This document shows, piece after piece, positions 1-9,182 of a stretch of 47,362 nucleotides of DNA. Origin of the DNA: Clostridiaceae bacterium UBA4839 (lineage in GTDB: Bacteria; Bacillota; Clostridia; Clostridiales; Caloramatoraceae). The stretch covers positions 1 through 47,362 of the forward strand of contig DHEX01000138.1 in assembly GCA_002400085.1 (NCBI GenBank). The letters run 5' to 3'. The position numbers were made by a program, and so were the translations under genes. The stretch's first letter is position 1. Each line of letters opens with the position of its first letter. The notes beneath the pieces were generated by a model, which searched no databases, was not told the origin of the DNA, and saw only the letters and a program-made list of their open reading frames with translations.

Positions 1-12
1 TAAATTTTCAGG

Positions 13-89
13 GTAGGGAGCGGTCTTGCCCGTTCCGCCCCCCATGATTCCGTGCATCACCCAGAGGAACGGTCAAGACCGTTCCCTAC
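13..89. repeat. REP-A copy 1: inverted pair of GTAG-tagged GC-rich palindromes (REPIN-like)
   Basis: Left arm gtagggagcggtcttgcccgttcc (13-36) and right arm ggaacggtcaagaccgttccctac (66-89) are near reverse complements. The right arm is itself a 9+9 bp palindrome ending in ctac (= GTAG on the other strand). Related copies lie at 2291, 13713 and 18818. Confidence 0.8.
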
Positions 90-90
90 A

Positions 91-176
91 ACATCTTTGC
101 AAAGGTCAAAGTGAATGGAATATATTTTTCTTATCGCAGCGGTGAGTTACATCTAAATTGCGAATTAATGGAGTAA
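91..176. repeat. Repeat B, right half (left half cut by the REP-A insertion or the window edge)
   Basis: acatctttgcaaaggtcaaagtgaatggaatatatttttcttatcgcagcggtg..atctaaattgcgaatta closely matches 24829-24905 and, in part, 2336-2371. Confidence 0.75.
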
Positions 177-193
177 CACGAATGGCAGGTTCA

Positions 194-230
194 AATAAAA
201 AATACTGCCAGTAAATTTACATACTGGCAA
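194..230 (-). terminator. Rho-independent terminator of hflX
   Basis: On the minus strand, the stem tgccagta / tactggca (206-213 / 222-229) is followed by a T-rich run (the plus-strand A-run 194-205). Confidence 0.6.
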
Positions 231-240
231 TATCAAATTC

Positions 241-305
241 GATGGCTACCATCCGTAATATCCAACGGTTGCTACAGCTCTGTATTGGTTCTTCTAAGAA
301 TCACC
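241..305 (-). repeat. Repeat D copy 1
   Basis: The reverse complement (ggtgattcttagaagaaccaatacagagctgtagcaaccgttggatattacggatggtagccatc) aligns at about 80% by eye with 16996-17057. Confidence 0.7.
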
Positions 306-2114
306 TTACTTATCTATTTTGTATTGACTAACGCGTCCTATAATGTCTGGAGTAGTTTTAATTCTTATATATATGCCGTTTTCCCTATATTCCTCTTTTT
401 CAACACAATTATTATCATGTAAGTAAGATAAGATGTTACCCTTTTCATAAGGAACCAGCAGCTCTTCAGTAATAAAGTTTCCAAAAAGTTTGCTGTCAAT
501 AGCTTTTAACAGTTCATCAATGTTATATCCATTTAAAGCTGATATTTCTATTATGTTGTTGAATTTGCTTCTGATAATATCAATATTTTCAGCTGGTGCT
601 TTGTCTACCTTATTAACTGCAATAATTAACTTCTTATCACCTGCACCTATTTCATTTAAAACACTATTTACAGTTTCCATTTGAGCAATTGCATTTTCAT
701 TTGATCCATCAACTACATGAACAATAAGGTCGCTTAATGCTACCTCTTCTAATGTCGATTTAAATGCTTCAACAAGTTCATGAGGAAGCTTCCTAATAAA
801 GCCTACAGTATCAGTTAATAATGCCTCTTTACCTGATGGGAGACTAACTAATCTTGTAGTTGGATCTAAAGTTGCAAATAATATATCCGACTCAAGTACT
901 TTTTCTTTATCTGTTCCCCAATATTCACACATTTTATTCCTTAATGTAGATTTACCTGCATTAGTATAACCTGCTAAAGTTACCACAGGTATTTCATTGG
1001 AAACCCTTCTCTTTCGCTGAAGTTCTCTAGTTTTTTTAATATTTTTAAGTTCCTCTTCAAGGTCATATATCCTTTTTTTAATTGTTCTTTTGTCAGTTTC
1101 AAGTTTTTGTTCACCAGGACCTCTTGTACCTATACCGCCACCCGTTCTTGACATATTTTCGCCCATGCCTATAATCCTTGGAAGTCTATACTTTAACTGT
1201 GCAAGCTCAACCTGTATTTTCCCTTCGCTGGATTTAGCTCTTTGAGCAAAAATATCTAAAATAAGTGTAGTCCTATCAATAACTTTGCAGTTAAAAATTT
1301 CTTCTAAGTTTCTTTGCTGAATACCACTTAATTCATCATCAAAAACAACAGTATCAGCTGAAATATTTTGAACAAGATGCGAAATTTCCTCGGCTTTTCC
1401 TCTGCCTATATAATATGCTGCATCAACTTTATTTTTATTTTGCATTGCCTTATCTACAACATTTCCTCCTGCAGTTGTAACAAGCTCTTCAAGTTCAAGT
1501 AAAGACTCCTCTGCACTATACATATCATTTCTCAAGCCACCAACTAAAATTGTTCTTTCATTTTGTTTATCTTCATTTTCATATATATAATCAGAAACTG
1601 TCTTTTCGATATTTTCAACTACATTCATAAAATTATAATCATCTATTTTAGATGCATCTATTGGACCATCTATTACTATATCGTCAGTTAATCTTCCATT
1701 ATCTGCTTTAATATATCCAATGCTTATTTGAGCAGGCTTTTCATCTATAACCTCTATAGCTGCTAAAAGATCAAATTTTAAATTTGTTAGAGCAGTTTTA
1801 TCAAGAGATGACAAACATGATGAACAGTTAGGGTGAGTATGAATGCATCTTATGCCGCAAAGCCCATATGCACTTCTTTTTTCGTTCATTCCTTTTAGTA
1901 AAACTGTTTTATCATCACCAATTGTAATGTCTAAAATAACCCCATGCCTGTTTATATATAGAGAAATTTCTTTTCCAATTTTCCCTGATATACTGCAGAC
2001 CGTATTCATAACTTCTTCATCTATAAGCTTATTTTTATCATATTGTTTGTTTATAAGCTCATTTAGTTCATCAATATATACTTTTCTTATCCCTAATGAA
2101 TTACCCTTTATCAT
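306..2114 (-). CDS. hflX: GTPase HflX with a ~185-aa N-terminal extension
   Basis: G1 motif GYTNAGKST, DTVGF, NKVD, and the HflX N-domain (GRGKAEEI, the glycine-rich GGGIGTRGPGE). I trimmed the start to the ATG at 2114, preceded by agaggtg. The track ORF runs to 2144. Confidence 0.9.
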   Translation of the reverse strand: MIKGNSLGIRKVYIDELNELINKQYDKNKLIDEEVMNTVCSISGKIGKEISLYINRHGVILDITIGDDKTVLLKGMNEKRSAYGLCGIRCIHTHPNCSSCLSSLDKTALTNLKFDLLAAIEVIDEKPAQISIGYIKADNGRLTDDIVIDGPIDASKIDDYNFMNVVENIEKTVSDYIYENEDKQNERTILVGGLRNDMYSAEESLLELEELVTTAGGNVVDKAMQNKNKVDAAYYIGRGKAEEISHLVQNISADTVVFDDELSGIQQRNLEEIFNCKVIDRTTLILDIFAQRAKSSEGKIQVELAQLKYRLPRIIGMGENMSRTGGGIGTRGPGEQKLETDKRTIKKRIYDLEEELKNIKKTRELQRKRRVSNEIPVVTLAGYTNAGKSTLRNKMCEYWGTDKEKVLESDILFATLDPTTRLVSLPSGKEALLTDTVGFIRKLPHELVEAFKSTLEEVALSDLIVHVVDGSNENAIAQMETVNSVLNEIGAGDKKLIIAVNKVDKAPAENIDIIRSKFNNIIEISALNGYNIDELLKAIDSKLFGNFITEELLVPYEKGNILSYLHDNNCVEKEEYRENGIYIRIKTTPDIIGRVSQYKIDK

Positions 2115-2178
2115 ATTTTCACCTCTACCCAAATTATACATCAATAAAAAGCATCATAAAAGAATCTTCTATTATAAT

Positions 2179-2371
2179 CTATAATTTGTAATTTAAAATC
2201 ATTAATGAACAAATTACAGCAGAGATAAGGAAAATATATGGAATGAACATAGAGTGAGCATTTAGATGTTCTTAGGATTAAAATAGAATTGTAGGGAGCG
2301 CTCTTGACCGTTCCGCCCCCGCGATTCCGTGCATTCCTTGCAGCGGTGGATTAAATCTAAATTATAAATTG
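2179..2371. repeat. Composite repeat: B-left (2179-2260) + linker + half REP-A (2291-2335) + B-right (2336-2371)
   Basis: B-left aatttaaaatcattaatgaacaaattacagcagagataaggaaaatatatggaatgaacatagagtgagca matches 24760-24828. gtagggagcgctcttgaccgttccgccccc matches the REP-A left arm. cagcggtggattaaatctaaatta matches the B right end. Confidence 0.8.
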
Positions 2372-2405
2372 AAAAATTATAATTTCCTGAAGTGTATCTA
2401 AATTC

Positions 2406-2434
2406 TTGTAAAATTATGATATTTTTTATATAAT
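2406..2434 (+). promoter_or_regulatory. Sigma-A type promoter for hpt
   Basis: ttgtaa (2406-2411), 17 nt spacer, tataat (2429-2434), about 35 nt upstream of the hpt ATG. Confidence 0.5.
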
Positions 2435-2469
2435 AATAATTATTATATAAAAAGCATGGGAGGAAAGAT

Positions 2470-2991
2470 ATGGAAAACAAAAAAGAAAATGTACTTATTT
2501 CTGCCGAAGAAATTGCTAAAAAGGTTAGTGAGGTTGCTGCTTCAATATCAAATGACTATAAAGATAAAAAGTTATACATACTTTCATTGTTAAGAGGAAG
2601 CTTTATTTATACAGCTGATTTAGTAAGAAAAATTGATATACCTGTTAAAATAGGATTTATGGCTACTTCAAGTTATGGTGATAACGAAAAATCAAGCGGA
2701 AAAGTAAAAATAGTCCAGGATATAGCTGATAATCTCAGTGGATTTGATGTTTTAGTTGTAGATGACATAATTGATTCCGGCACCACAATGAAATTCGTTA
2801 TGGAGCATGTTAAAAAGTTCAATCCCTCCTCAGTAAAATCCTGTGTATTACTTGATAAGCCTGAAAGAAGAGCTATAGATATTGAACCGGATTACAAATG
2901 TTTTACTATTGATGATGTATTTGTAGTAGGTTATGGGTTAAACTATGGTGATTACTACAGAAATAAACCATATATATTTAATTGGGAATAA
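2470..2991 (+). CDS. hpt: Hypoxanthine phosphoribosyltransferase
   Basis: PRPP-binding motif VLVVDDIIDSGTT, 173 aa, RBS ggaggaaag. Confidence 0.9.
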   Translation: MENKKENVLISAEEIAKKVSEVAASISNDYKDKKLYILSLLRGSFIYTADLVRKIDIPVKIGFMATSSYGDNEKSSGKVKIVQDIADNLSGFDVLVVDDIIDSGTTMKFVMEHVKKFNPSSVKSCVLLDKPERRAIDIEPDYKCFTIDDVFVVGYGLNYGDYYRNKPYIFNWE

Positions 2992-3000
2992 TATAAAAAT

Positions 3001-3050
3001 AAAAACATTGTATAAGAAAATTAATTCCTGTACAATGTTTTTATTTTTTT
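3001..3050. terminator. Bidirectional terminator between hpt and yunB
   Basis: Stem aaaaacattgta / tacaatgttttt (3001-3012 / 3031-3042), with T-runs on both strands. Confidence 0.7.
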
Positions 3051-3679
3051 TCTTCTTTAAAGTCAGCATAAGTATCAGGAACTTTCCCAACAATTATACT
3101 TTCTGCAATTGGTATGCTTGATGTCATTGACACATAATTCCTTGAGAGAGGGACAATTACTATTATGTTAGAAGTAATATCAAGATATACTATATGCCTT
3201 GTTTGATTTATCCCAGCTTCTTGAAATTCAGAGCGATAAGTAGTTGTTACTGAACCCATGGGCTGCATTTTAAAAGTAATTTTAGGCCCATAATATGCAA
3301 GTAAATCGTTTTTCAGCAGCGCCCCAAGAGGTATTTTTGCTTCAGCACTTTCTATATCCTCTATCTTTTGCTGTACAGAAAGAGCTATTTCAGAACCAAT
3401 TCTATTTAGCTCAACAGTATTAGCTTGAATCATGACAATATTTCCATCATTATCTATTTTTACATTCATTACGTCATCATAAGTAATTTTATTAGCAAAT
3501 TCAGTTCTTACAGTTTCATTAATAGTTCTCGCAGCAATAATCCTCGCCTCTGAATCACAATATGCCATAATTAATGGCTTTAAATCCTTATCTACTTTAT
3601 AAAACGGAAAAATTATAAGAAATAAAATAAAAAAAATAACTATGTACTTTTTCATTTTATTTCTTTTAAAGTTGTTCAT
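3041..3679 (-). CDS. yunB: Sporulation protein YunB
   Basis: An N-terminal TM segment followed by a YunB-like domain, by overall resemblance. Sits in sporulation-gene context. Confidence 0.7.
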   Translation of the reverse strand: MNNFKRNKMKKYIVIFFILFLIIFPFYKVDKDLKPLIMAYCDSEARIIAARTINETVRTEFANKITYDDVMNVKIDNDGNIVMIQANTVELNRIGSEIALSVQQKIEDIESAEAKIPLGALLKNDLLAYYGPKITFKMQPMGSVTTTYRSEFQEAGINQTRHIVYLDITSNIIVIVPLSRNYVSMTSSIPIAESIIVGKVPDTYADFKEEKK

Positions 3680-3785
3680 AAAAACTCCCCCATATTATAA
3701 TATGCAGCAAAAATGTTTTGGATACAAAAAAAAGAACCTTTATGGCTCTTTTTATAAAATAATTAGTAAGCTAAAAAGCAAAGCT

Positions 3786-5207
3786 CTATGCAACTGTTCC
3801 CCCATCAGCATCTTCAATATCATCAATGCTAATTTGTCTTGTATGCTTTGTATGATTCCATTCCTTGTTGTTTTTATCTATAATCCCCTGTATAGTTATT
3901 GGCATCCAAGTCAATGTATATAAACCATATAACATATACCATAAGAATATTTTAAATGCTTTTTCTCCTGAAAATAATAATAGAACTAAACCAAATAGTA
4001 CGAAATACAATAATTTCATGCCTATATTTATTGTTAAAGGAACACTTTCCCCTAGAAAAATATTAAATGTGAATAAATTTACTGAATATAATATAAAAAA
4101 CCCAAACATCGGTTTTGATAGTTTATTTTCCATAACCATTACATAGGGTATAAATAAAAATTGCAGCATATTGAATAAACTGTACAATATCGGTATTGAT
4201 AAACTGTTTAATATAAAAATATCAGAATTTCTTTGAAAATTTATTCTCATAAAGCTTAGTATTATAGATATGCCAGAAAAAAGTGCTATAAAAGGCTGTA
4301 TTGTATAAATAGCACAATCAAAAGCAATAATGTTTTTTTCCGTAAATGCTTTTTTCATAAGTTTATTAAAATATCTTGAGGCCACATCTGCAAAGCCCTG
4401 CATCCACCTTTTTCTCTGAATCCAAGATTGTTTAAGGGTAAGAGGCTTTTCATCATATACACAGGCATCATGTACCCACCCTACTTTATATCCATTCATA
4501 ATCAATTTACATGTAAACTCTAAATCTTCAGTAAGGCACGTAGAACCCCAGCCAATTTTTTTAAGCACATCAGTATCCACACAAAATCCCGTACCTCCTA
4601 TTTGACTGGATAAATTTAAATTTGCCCTGGATAATTGAAATAATCTGTTTGAACTCCAAAATGCAATGGAATAACATTCACTTATCCATGAGTCATGAGG
4701 ATTTTTACTATCTATAAATGCTTGAACAACTTTATATCCTTCTTTTAATTTATTATTCATTTCATTTAAAAAGTTTTTTGAAACAATGTTATCAGCATCA
4801 AAAACAGCAATAGAGTCATATTTTTTCCCCATTTCAAATATATTTTTAAACATCCAATCAAGAGCATACCCTTTTCCACGCTCATTGAGATTGTGCCTTT
4901 CAAAAACTATGGCATCATGCTTTCTTGCTATTTCAGCTGTTTTATCAATACAATTGTCTGCAATTACATAAATATCATATAACTGCCTTGGGTAATCAAG
5001 TGCCTTTAGACTTTCTATTATTTGTGCTATAACTATTTCCTCGTTATGAGCTGCAATTAATAAGGCAAAAGATTTCTCTGGACTGCTTTTCTTGCTTTTT
5101 TGCCTTTTCTTATACAGCCCAAACATGGCTAATATACCATAATATAATGAAATCAAATAGAGAAATACTTGAAAAACAATAGTAAGCTTTAATATAAAGT
5201 TGCTCAT
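3786..5207 (-). CDS. Processive family-2 glycosyltransferase (synthase-like) with an integral-membrane C-terminus
   Basis: DAD (VFDADN), TED (CLTEDLEF) and QxxRW (QRKRW) motifs, one N-terminal TM and several C-terminal TM segments. Confidence 0.8.
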   Translation of the reverse strand: MSNFILKLTIVFQVFLYLISLYYGILAMFGLYKKRQKSKKSSPEKSFALLIAAHNEEIVIAQIIESLKALDYPRQLYDIYVIADNCIDKTAEIARKHDAIVFERHNLNERGKGYALDWMFKNIFEMGKKYDSIAVFDADNIVSKNFLNEMNNKLKEGYKVVQAFIDSKNPHDSWISECYSIAFWSSNRLFQLSRANLNLSSQIGGTGFCVDTDVLKKIGWGSTCLTEDLEFTCKLIMNGYKVGWVHDACVYDEKPLTLKQSWIQRKRWMQGFADVASRYFNKLMKKAFTEKNIIAFDCAIYTIQPFIALFSGISIILSFMRINFQRNSDIFILNSLSIPILYSLFNMLQFLFIPYVMVMENKLSKPMFGFFILYSVNLFTFNIFLGESVPLTINIGMKLLYFVLFGLVLLLFSGEKAFKIFLWYMLYGLYTLTWMPITIQGIIDKNNKEWNHTKHTRQISIDDIEDADGGTVA

Positions 5208-5500
5208 ACCGCTTCCTCCATATATAACGCAAAAATTACTTTGGCTAACCTTATCATTAACAAAAAACTATTTCTTTATTCTCTATTAGCATTACCTTCA
5301 TAATGCTCACATAATCTGTAAAAGAACTTATATCAAGCTTAGTTTATTCTAATTTTTCTATTAAAATAAACTGAAAATTTAAACCTTATTTTTATAAGTT
5401 ACAAAAATTTAAAAAAGTAGCTCATGAAAAAAATAGATGTTATAATATACTATAAGTCTGTCGATACTGTATAATGTTTAACTCTTTGAGGAGGTAAAAA

Positions 5501-7774
5501 ATGGATAAAGATAATAAATCAAGTAAAAATAAAGTATCCAAAAAAAAGAAAAAGCGGAATGCAAAAAAAGTCTTAACTAATATTCTTATTGTTTTGCTAG
5601 TTATTATTGCTGCTGGTGTGGGCTTTGTTCTTGCTACAATAAAATCAGCTCCAACAATTGATACAAATATAATAGGCAACTTAACACAAAGCAGTAAAAT
5701 TACTGACAGAGATGGAAAAGTTATAGATTCACTAATGGATATAGAGGCTGGATATAGAACTATAGTTCCTTTAAAGCAAATACCAAAGCACGTTCAAGAT
5801 GCCTTTATTTCAATTGAAGATGAAAGGTTTGAACAGCATCATGGTATAGATATAAAAAGAATCTTTGGTGCAATCTGGCATGATGTTAGGACTTTATCTC
5901 TTGATCAAGGTGCTTCTACAATAACTCAACAGTTAATAAAGAACTATGCACTTTCCTCTGAGAAAAAATTTACAAGAAAAATTCAAGAAATGTATTTAGC
6001 TATTCAGCTTGAAAAAGTATTAAGTAAAAATGAAATTCTTGAAGCTTATTTAAACACTATTCACCTTGCAGATAATACCTATGGTGTACAGGCGGCTTCA
6101 ATGCATTACTTTGGTAAGGACGTTAGCAAAATATCAATAGCTCAAGGTGCAGTTTTAGCCGCTATAACCCAGTATCCTGCAAAATATAATCCCTATTCCC
6201 CTGAAAATTTAAAGAATCCAGAAAAACTTTTAAATAGGCAAAAAATAGTTTTAGAAAAAATGTATGAGCTTGGGAAAATAAATAAGCAGCAATATGATGA
6301 GGCATGTAATGAAAAAATTGTTTTTACTAAAGCACAATCTACAAGTCAAACTGCTTATCAGTGGTTCATTGAACCTGCTGAGAAACAGGTAGCCAAAGAT
6401 TTTGCAGCAAAATATGGCATATCCACATCCGAAGCTCAGCAAAAATTAAGAACTGGTGGATATACAATTCATCTTACTTTGGATCAAGATATTCAAAAAA
6501 AAGCTGAAGAAGCCATAAATGATGATAAAAAGTATCCAAAAATTAAAGATTCAAATATGCGTACTTGGGCTTCTAATGCAAATGATCCTAAATTAATACA
6601 GCCTCAGGCATCAGCAGCCTTATTAGATCCTAAAACAGGTGAAGTTTTGGCTTTGGTTGGTGGTAGAGGAAAACATCCACTTCTTTCATACAATAGAGCT
6701 ACTGATATTCCAAGGCAGCCGGGTTCTTCAATAAAGCCAATTTCAGTTTATGCTCCTGGAATTGAAACAAAAACTATTACACCAGCTACAATTATTGATG
6801 ACTCACCAATGCCTGATGATTTTGTAGCAAAAAATAATGGCTGGAATCCTCAGAACTATGATGGAAAGTTTTCAGGAAATGTAACTGTAAGGGAAGCAAT
6901 TAGACGATCTATTAACATTCCTGCAGTTAAAGTTGAATTGATGCTTGGCGCAAATACAAGTATAGATTTTTTAAAAAATAAATTTCATATTTCAACCATT
7001 GTAACTTCAGGCAGCACAAATGATAAAAATGCTCCTGCCCTTGCTTTAGGAGGTCTTTCAAAGGGTACAACTCCCCTTGAAATGGCAGCAGCTTATGGCG
7101 TATTTGTAAATGGCGGTGTGTATTCAGAACCTTACTTTTATACAGAAGTAACGGATAGCAAAGGTAACGTAATCTTAGAAAAAAAGCCTAATCAGCAAAG
7201 AGTTTTATCACAAAAAACAGCTTATATAATGTGTGATATGCTTAAAACTGTTATTCAAAGCGGTACTGGAACCATGGCAAAGCTTGGTCCAATGCCTGCT
7301 GGTGGAAAAACTGGAACATCAGAATCCCATACTAATGGGTGGTTTGCAGGAATTACTCCTTATTATTCATGCGTTGTTTGGATGGGACATGACAGCAATC
7401 AATACCCTATTACTAATAGGTATTGGAAAGACGAAAATGGTAAGGGCCATCCAGCTACAGCTAATCTTGATCTTGTAGGAGGTACCTGTGCCCCTATATG
7501 GAAAGAAATTATGCTTAAGGCACATGAGGGTCTCCCTGTTAAGGACTTTACAAGACCTTCTGATATAGTAACTGTTAAAATTTGTCCTGCGTCTGGGAAG
7601 GTTGCAACGGATAAATGTCCAAATGCATATAACGAGATATTTATACCGGGAACTGAACCTGTTGCAATGTGTGACATACATTCTATATCTACTGAACCTG
7701 CTGAAAAAGAAAAACCAGACAAAGGAAATGAAGAGGCGCCTGAAGAGGGAAAACAAAATAATGCAACACCTTAA
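5501..7774 (+). CDS. Class A penicillin-binding protein (transglycosylase/transpeptidase)
   Basis: GT51 motif EDERFEQHHG. Transpeptidase motifs SSIK (SxxK), SIN (SxN) and KTGT. N-terminal TM anchor. RBS gaggagg. Confidence 0.9.
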   Translation: MDKDNKSSKNKVSKKKKKRNAKKVLTNILIVLLVIIAAGVGFVLATIKSAPTIDTNIIGNLTQSSKITDRDGKVIDSLMDIEAGYRTIVPLKQIPKHVQDAFISIEDERFEQHHGIDIKRIFGAIWHDVRTLSLDQGASTITQQLIKNYALSSEKKFTRKIQEMYLAIQLEKVLSKNEILEAYLNTIHLADNTYGVQAASMHYFGKDVSKISIAQGAVLAAITQYPAKYNPYSPENLKNPEKLLNRQKIVLEKMYELGKINKQQYDEACNEKIVFTKAQSTSQTAYQWFIEPAEKQVAKDFAAKYGISTSEAQQKLRTGGYTIHLTLDQDIQKKAEEAINDDKKYPKIKDSNMRTWASNANDPKLIQPQASAALLDPKTGEVLALVGGRGKHPLLSYNRATDIPRQPGSSIKPISVYAPGIETKTITPATIIDDSPMPDDFVAKNNGWNPQNYDGKFSGNVTVREAIRRSINIPAVKVELMLGANTSIDFLKNKFHISTIVTSGSTNDKNAPALALGGLSKGTTPLEMAAAYGVFVNGGVYSEPYFYTEVTDSKGNVILEKKPNQQRVLSQKTAYIMCDMLKTVIQSGTGTMAKLGPMPAGGKTGTSESHTNGWFAGITPYYSCVVWMGHDSNQYPITNRYWKDENGKGHPATANLDLVGGTCAPIWKEIMLKAHEGLPVKDFTRPSDIVTVKICPASGKVATDKCPNAYNEIFIPGTEPVAMCDIHSISTEPAEKEKPDKGNEEAPEEGKQNNATP

Positions 7775-7810
7775 AAAAGTAGGAGAAATTTTAATTTCTC
7801 CTACTTTTTA
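7774..7810. terminator. Bidirectional terminator (PBP / spoVA operon convergence)
   Basis: Stem gtaggagaaa / tttctcctac (7779-7788 / 7795-7804), flanked by an A-run and a T-run. Confidence 0.7.
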
Positions 7811-8157
7811 GTTCTTGGTTTAGAAACTAAAGCCATTATATATCCGAAAAATATAGCAGCTGATACCCCTGCTGCAGTTGCCTTTAACCCTCCTGTAAAT
7901 GCACCAATCAGCCCATATTTCTCAACATCCTTTATGGCACCCTTTGCAAGTGCATATCCAAATCCAGGAAGCGGTACACTTGCTCCTGCTTTCCCATATT
8001 TATAAATAGGCTCATATATACCTAGGGCGCCTAAAATAACACCTGCAGTTACAAATGAAACAAGAATCCTTGCAGGAGTCAGCTTTGTTTTATCCATTAG
8101 AATTTGACCAATAAGGCACATTGTTCCGCCTACTATAAAAGCCCTAATATAATCCAT
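7801..8157 (-). CDS. spoVAE: Stage V sporulation protein AE
   Basis: 118-aa membrane protein directly after spoVAD. This is the typical clostridial spoVAC-AD-AE order. Confidence 0.85.
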   Translation of the reverse strand: MDYIRAFIVGGTMCLIGQILMDKTKLTPARILVSFVTAGVILGALGIYEPIYKYGKAGASVPLPGFGYALAKGAIKDVEKYGLIGAFTGGLKATAAGVSAAIFFGYIMALVSKPRTKK

Positions 8158-8161
8158 TTTA

Positions 8162-9178
8162 TCACCCCATTTCTATAGTAACTGCATGTGCAATTCCAGG
8201 TATAGATTCTCCTTGAAGTGAGCTTGTTGGACTTAATAAAGCACCTGTAGATACTAAAAGAACTCTTCCTAAATTTTTCTTAACAAGCTGATCATATATA
8301 TATCCACAAAAAGTTATAGCTGAACATCCACATCCGCTTCCTCCTGCATTCACATCTATCTGCTTTTCAGTATCATATACCTCTATCCCGCAATCCGTAT
8401 ATTTTGAACCCATATCATATCCTTCTTTTGCCACAACATCTTTTATAAGCTCACCTCCTAATTCCCCTAAATCTCCTGTAGCAATAAGGTCATAATCTTT
8501 AGGTGAAAGTCCAGTATCTTTAAAGTGCCTTAAAATGGTATCTGCTGCTGCAGGTACCATAGCAGCTCCCATATTATTTGCATCCTTTACTCCAAAGTCC
8601 ATAACTCTGCCCGTAGTAACAAATTTTACATAAGGCCCATTCCCATTTTTAGCTAAAACTGCAGCTCCAGATCCTGTAACTGTCCACTGTGCCGTTGGAG
8701 GCCTTTGAGTACCATACTCCAGTGGAAAACGATATTGCCTCTCTGCTGAGCAAAAATGGCTTGATGTTGTTGCAACAGCATAATCAGCATATCCCCCATC
8801 AATTACCATTGATGCCATACTTAACGACTCAGTCATCGTTGAGCAGGCACCGTAAAGCCCAAAAAAAGGTATCTTAAGCTCTCTTGCTGAAAAACTTGAG
8901 GATATTATTTGATTTAACAAATCCCCAGCAAATAAATAATCTATTTTATCTGGTGTTAAGTTTGCTTTTGAAAGTGAGAGCAGCACTGTTTCTCTTGACA
9001 ACTTACTTTCTGCTTTCTCCCAAGATTCCTCGCCAAACAAATCATCTTTTAAAACCATGTCATAATAGTCTCTAAGCGGCCCTTCTCCTTCCTTTATACC
9101 TGCAATGGATGCTGTAGATATAATGGATGGTGGATTATTAAATTTTACTGTCTGCTGCCCAAGCTTTTTTTCCGCCAT
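8162..9178 (-). CDS. spoVAD: Stage V sporulation protein AD
   Basis: 338 aa, thiolase/KAS-III-like fold signature, position in the spoVA operon. Confidence 0.85.
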   Translation of the reverse strand: MAEKKLGQQTVKFNNPPSIISTASIAGIKEGEGPLRDYYDMVLKDDLFGEESWEKAESKLSRETVLLSLSKANLTPDKIDYLFAGDLLNQIISSSFSARELKIPFFGLYGACSTMTESLSMASMVIDGGYADYAVATTSSHFCSAERQYRFPLEYGTQRPPTAQWTVTGSGAAVLAKNGNGPYVKFVTTGRVMDFGVKDANNMGAAMVPAAADTILRHFKDTGLSPKDYDLIATGDLGELGGELIKDVVAKEGYDMGSKYTDCGIEVYDTEKQIDVNAGGSGCGCSAITFCGYIYDQLVKKNLGRVLLVSTGALLSPTSSLQGESIPGIAHAVTIEMG

Positions 9179-9182
9179 AAAA

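Noticed and set aside
2262-2480. 72-aa ORF (minus strand) in the hflX-hpt intergenic region
   Set aside because: It lies entirely across repeat B/REP-A modules and the hpt promoter. It has no RBS, and its 'SRGRNGQERSL' segment is simply the translation of the REP-A palindrome. The same peptide-like string recurs in ORF 13615..13812.
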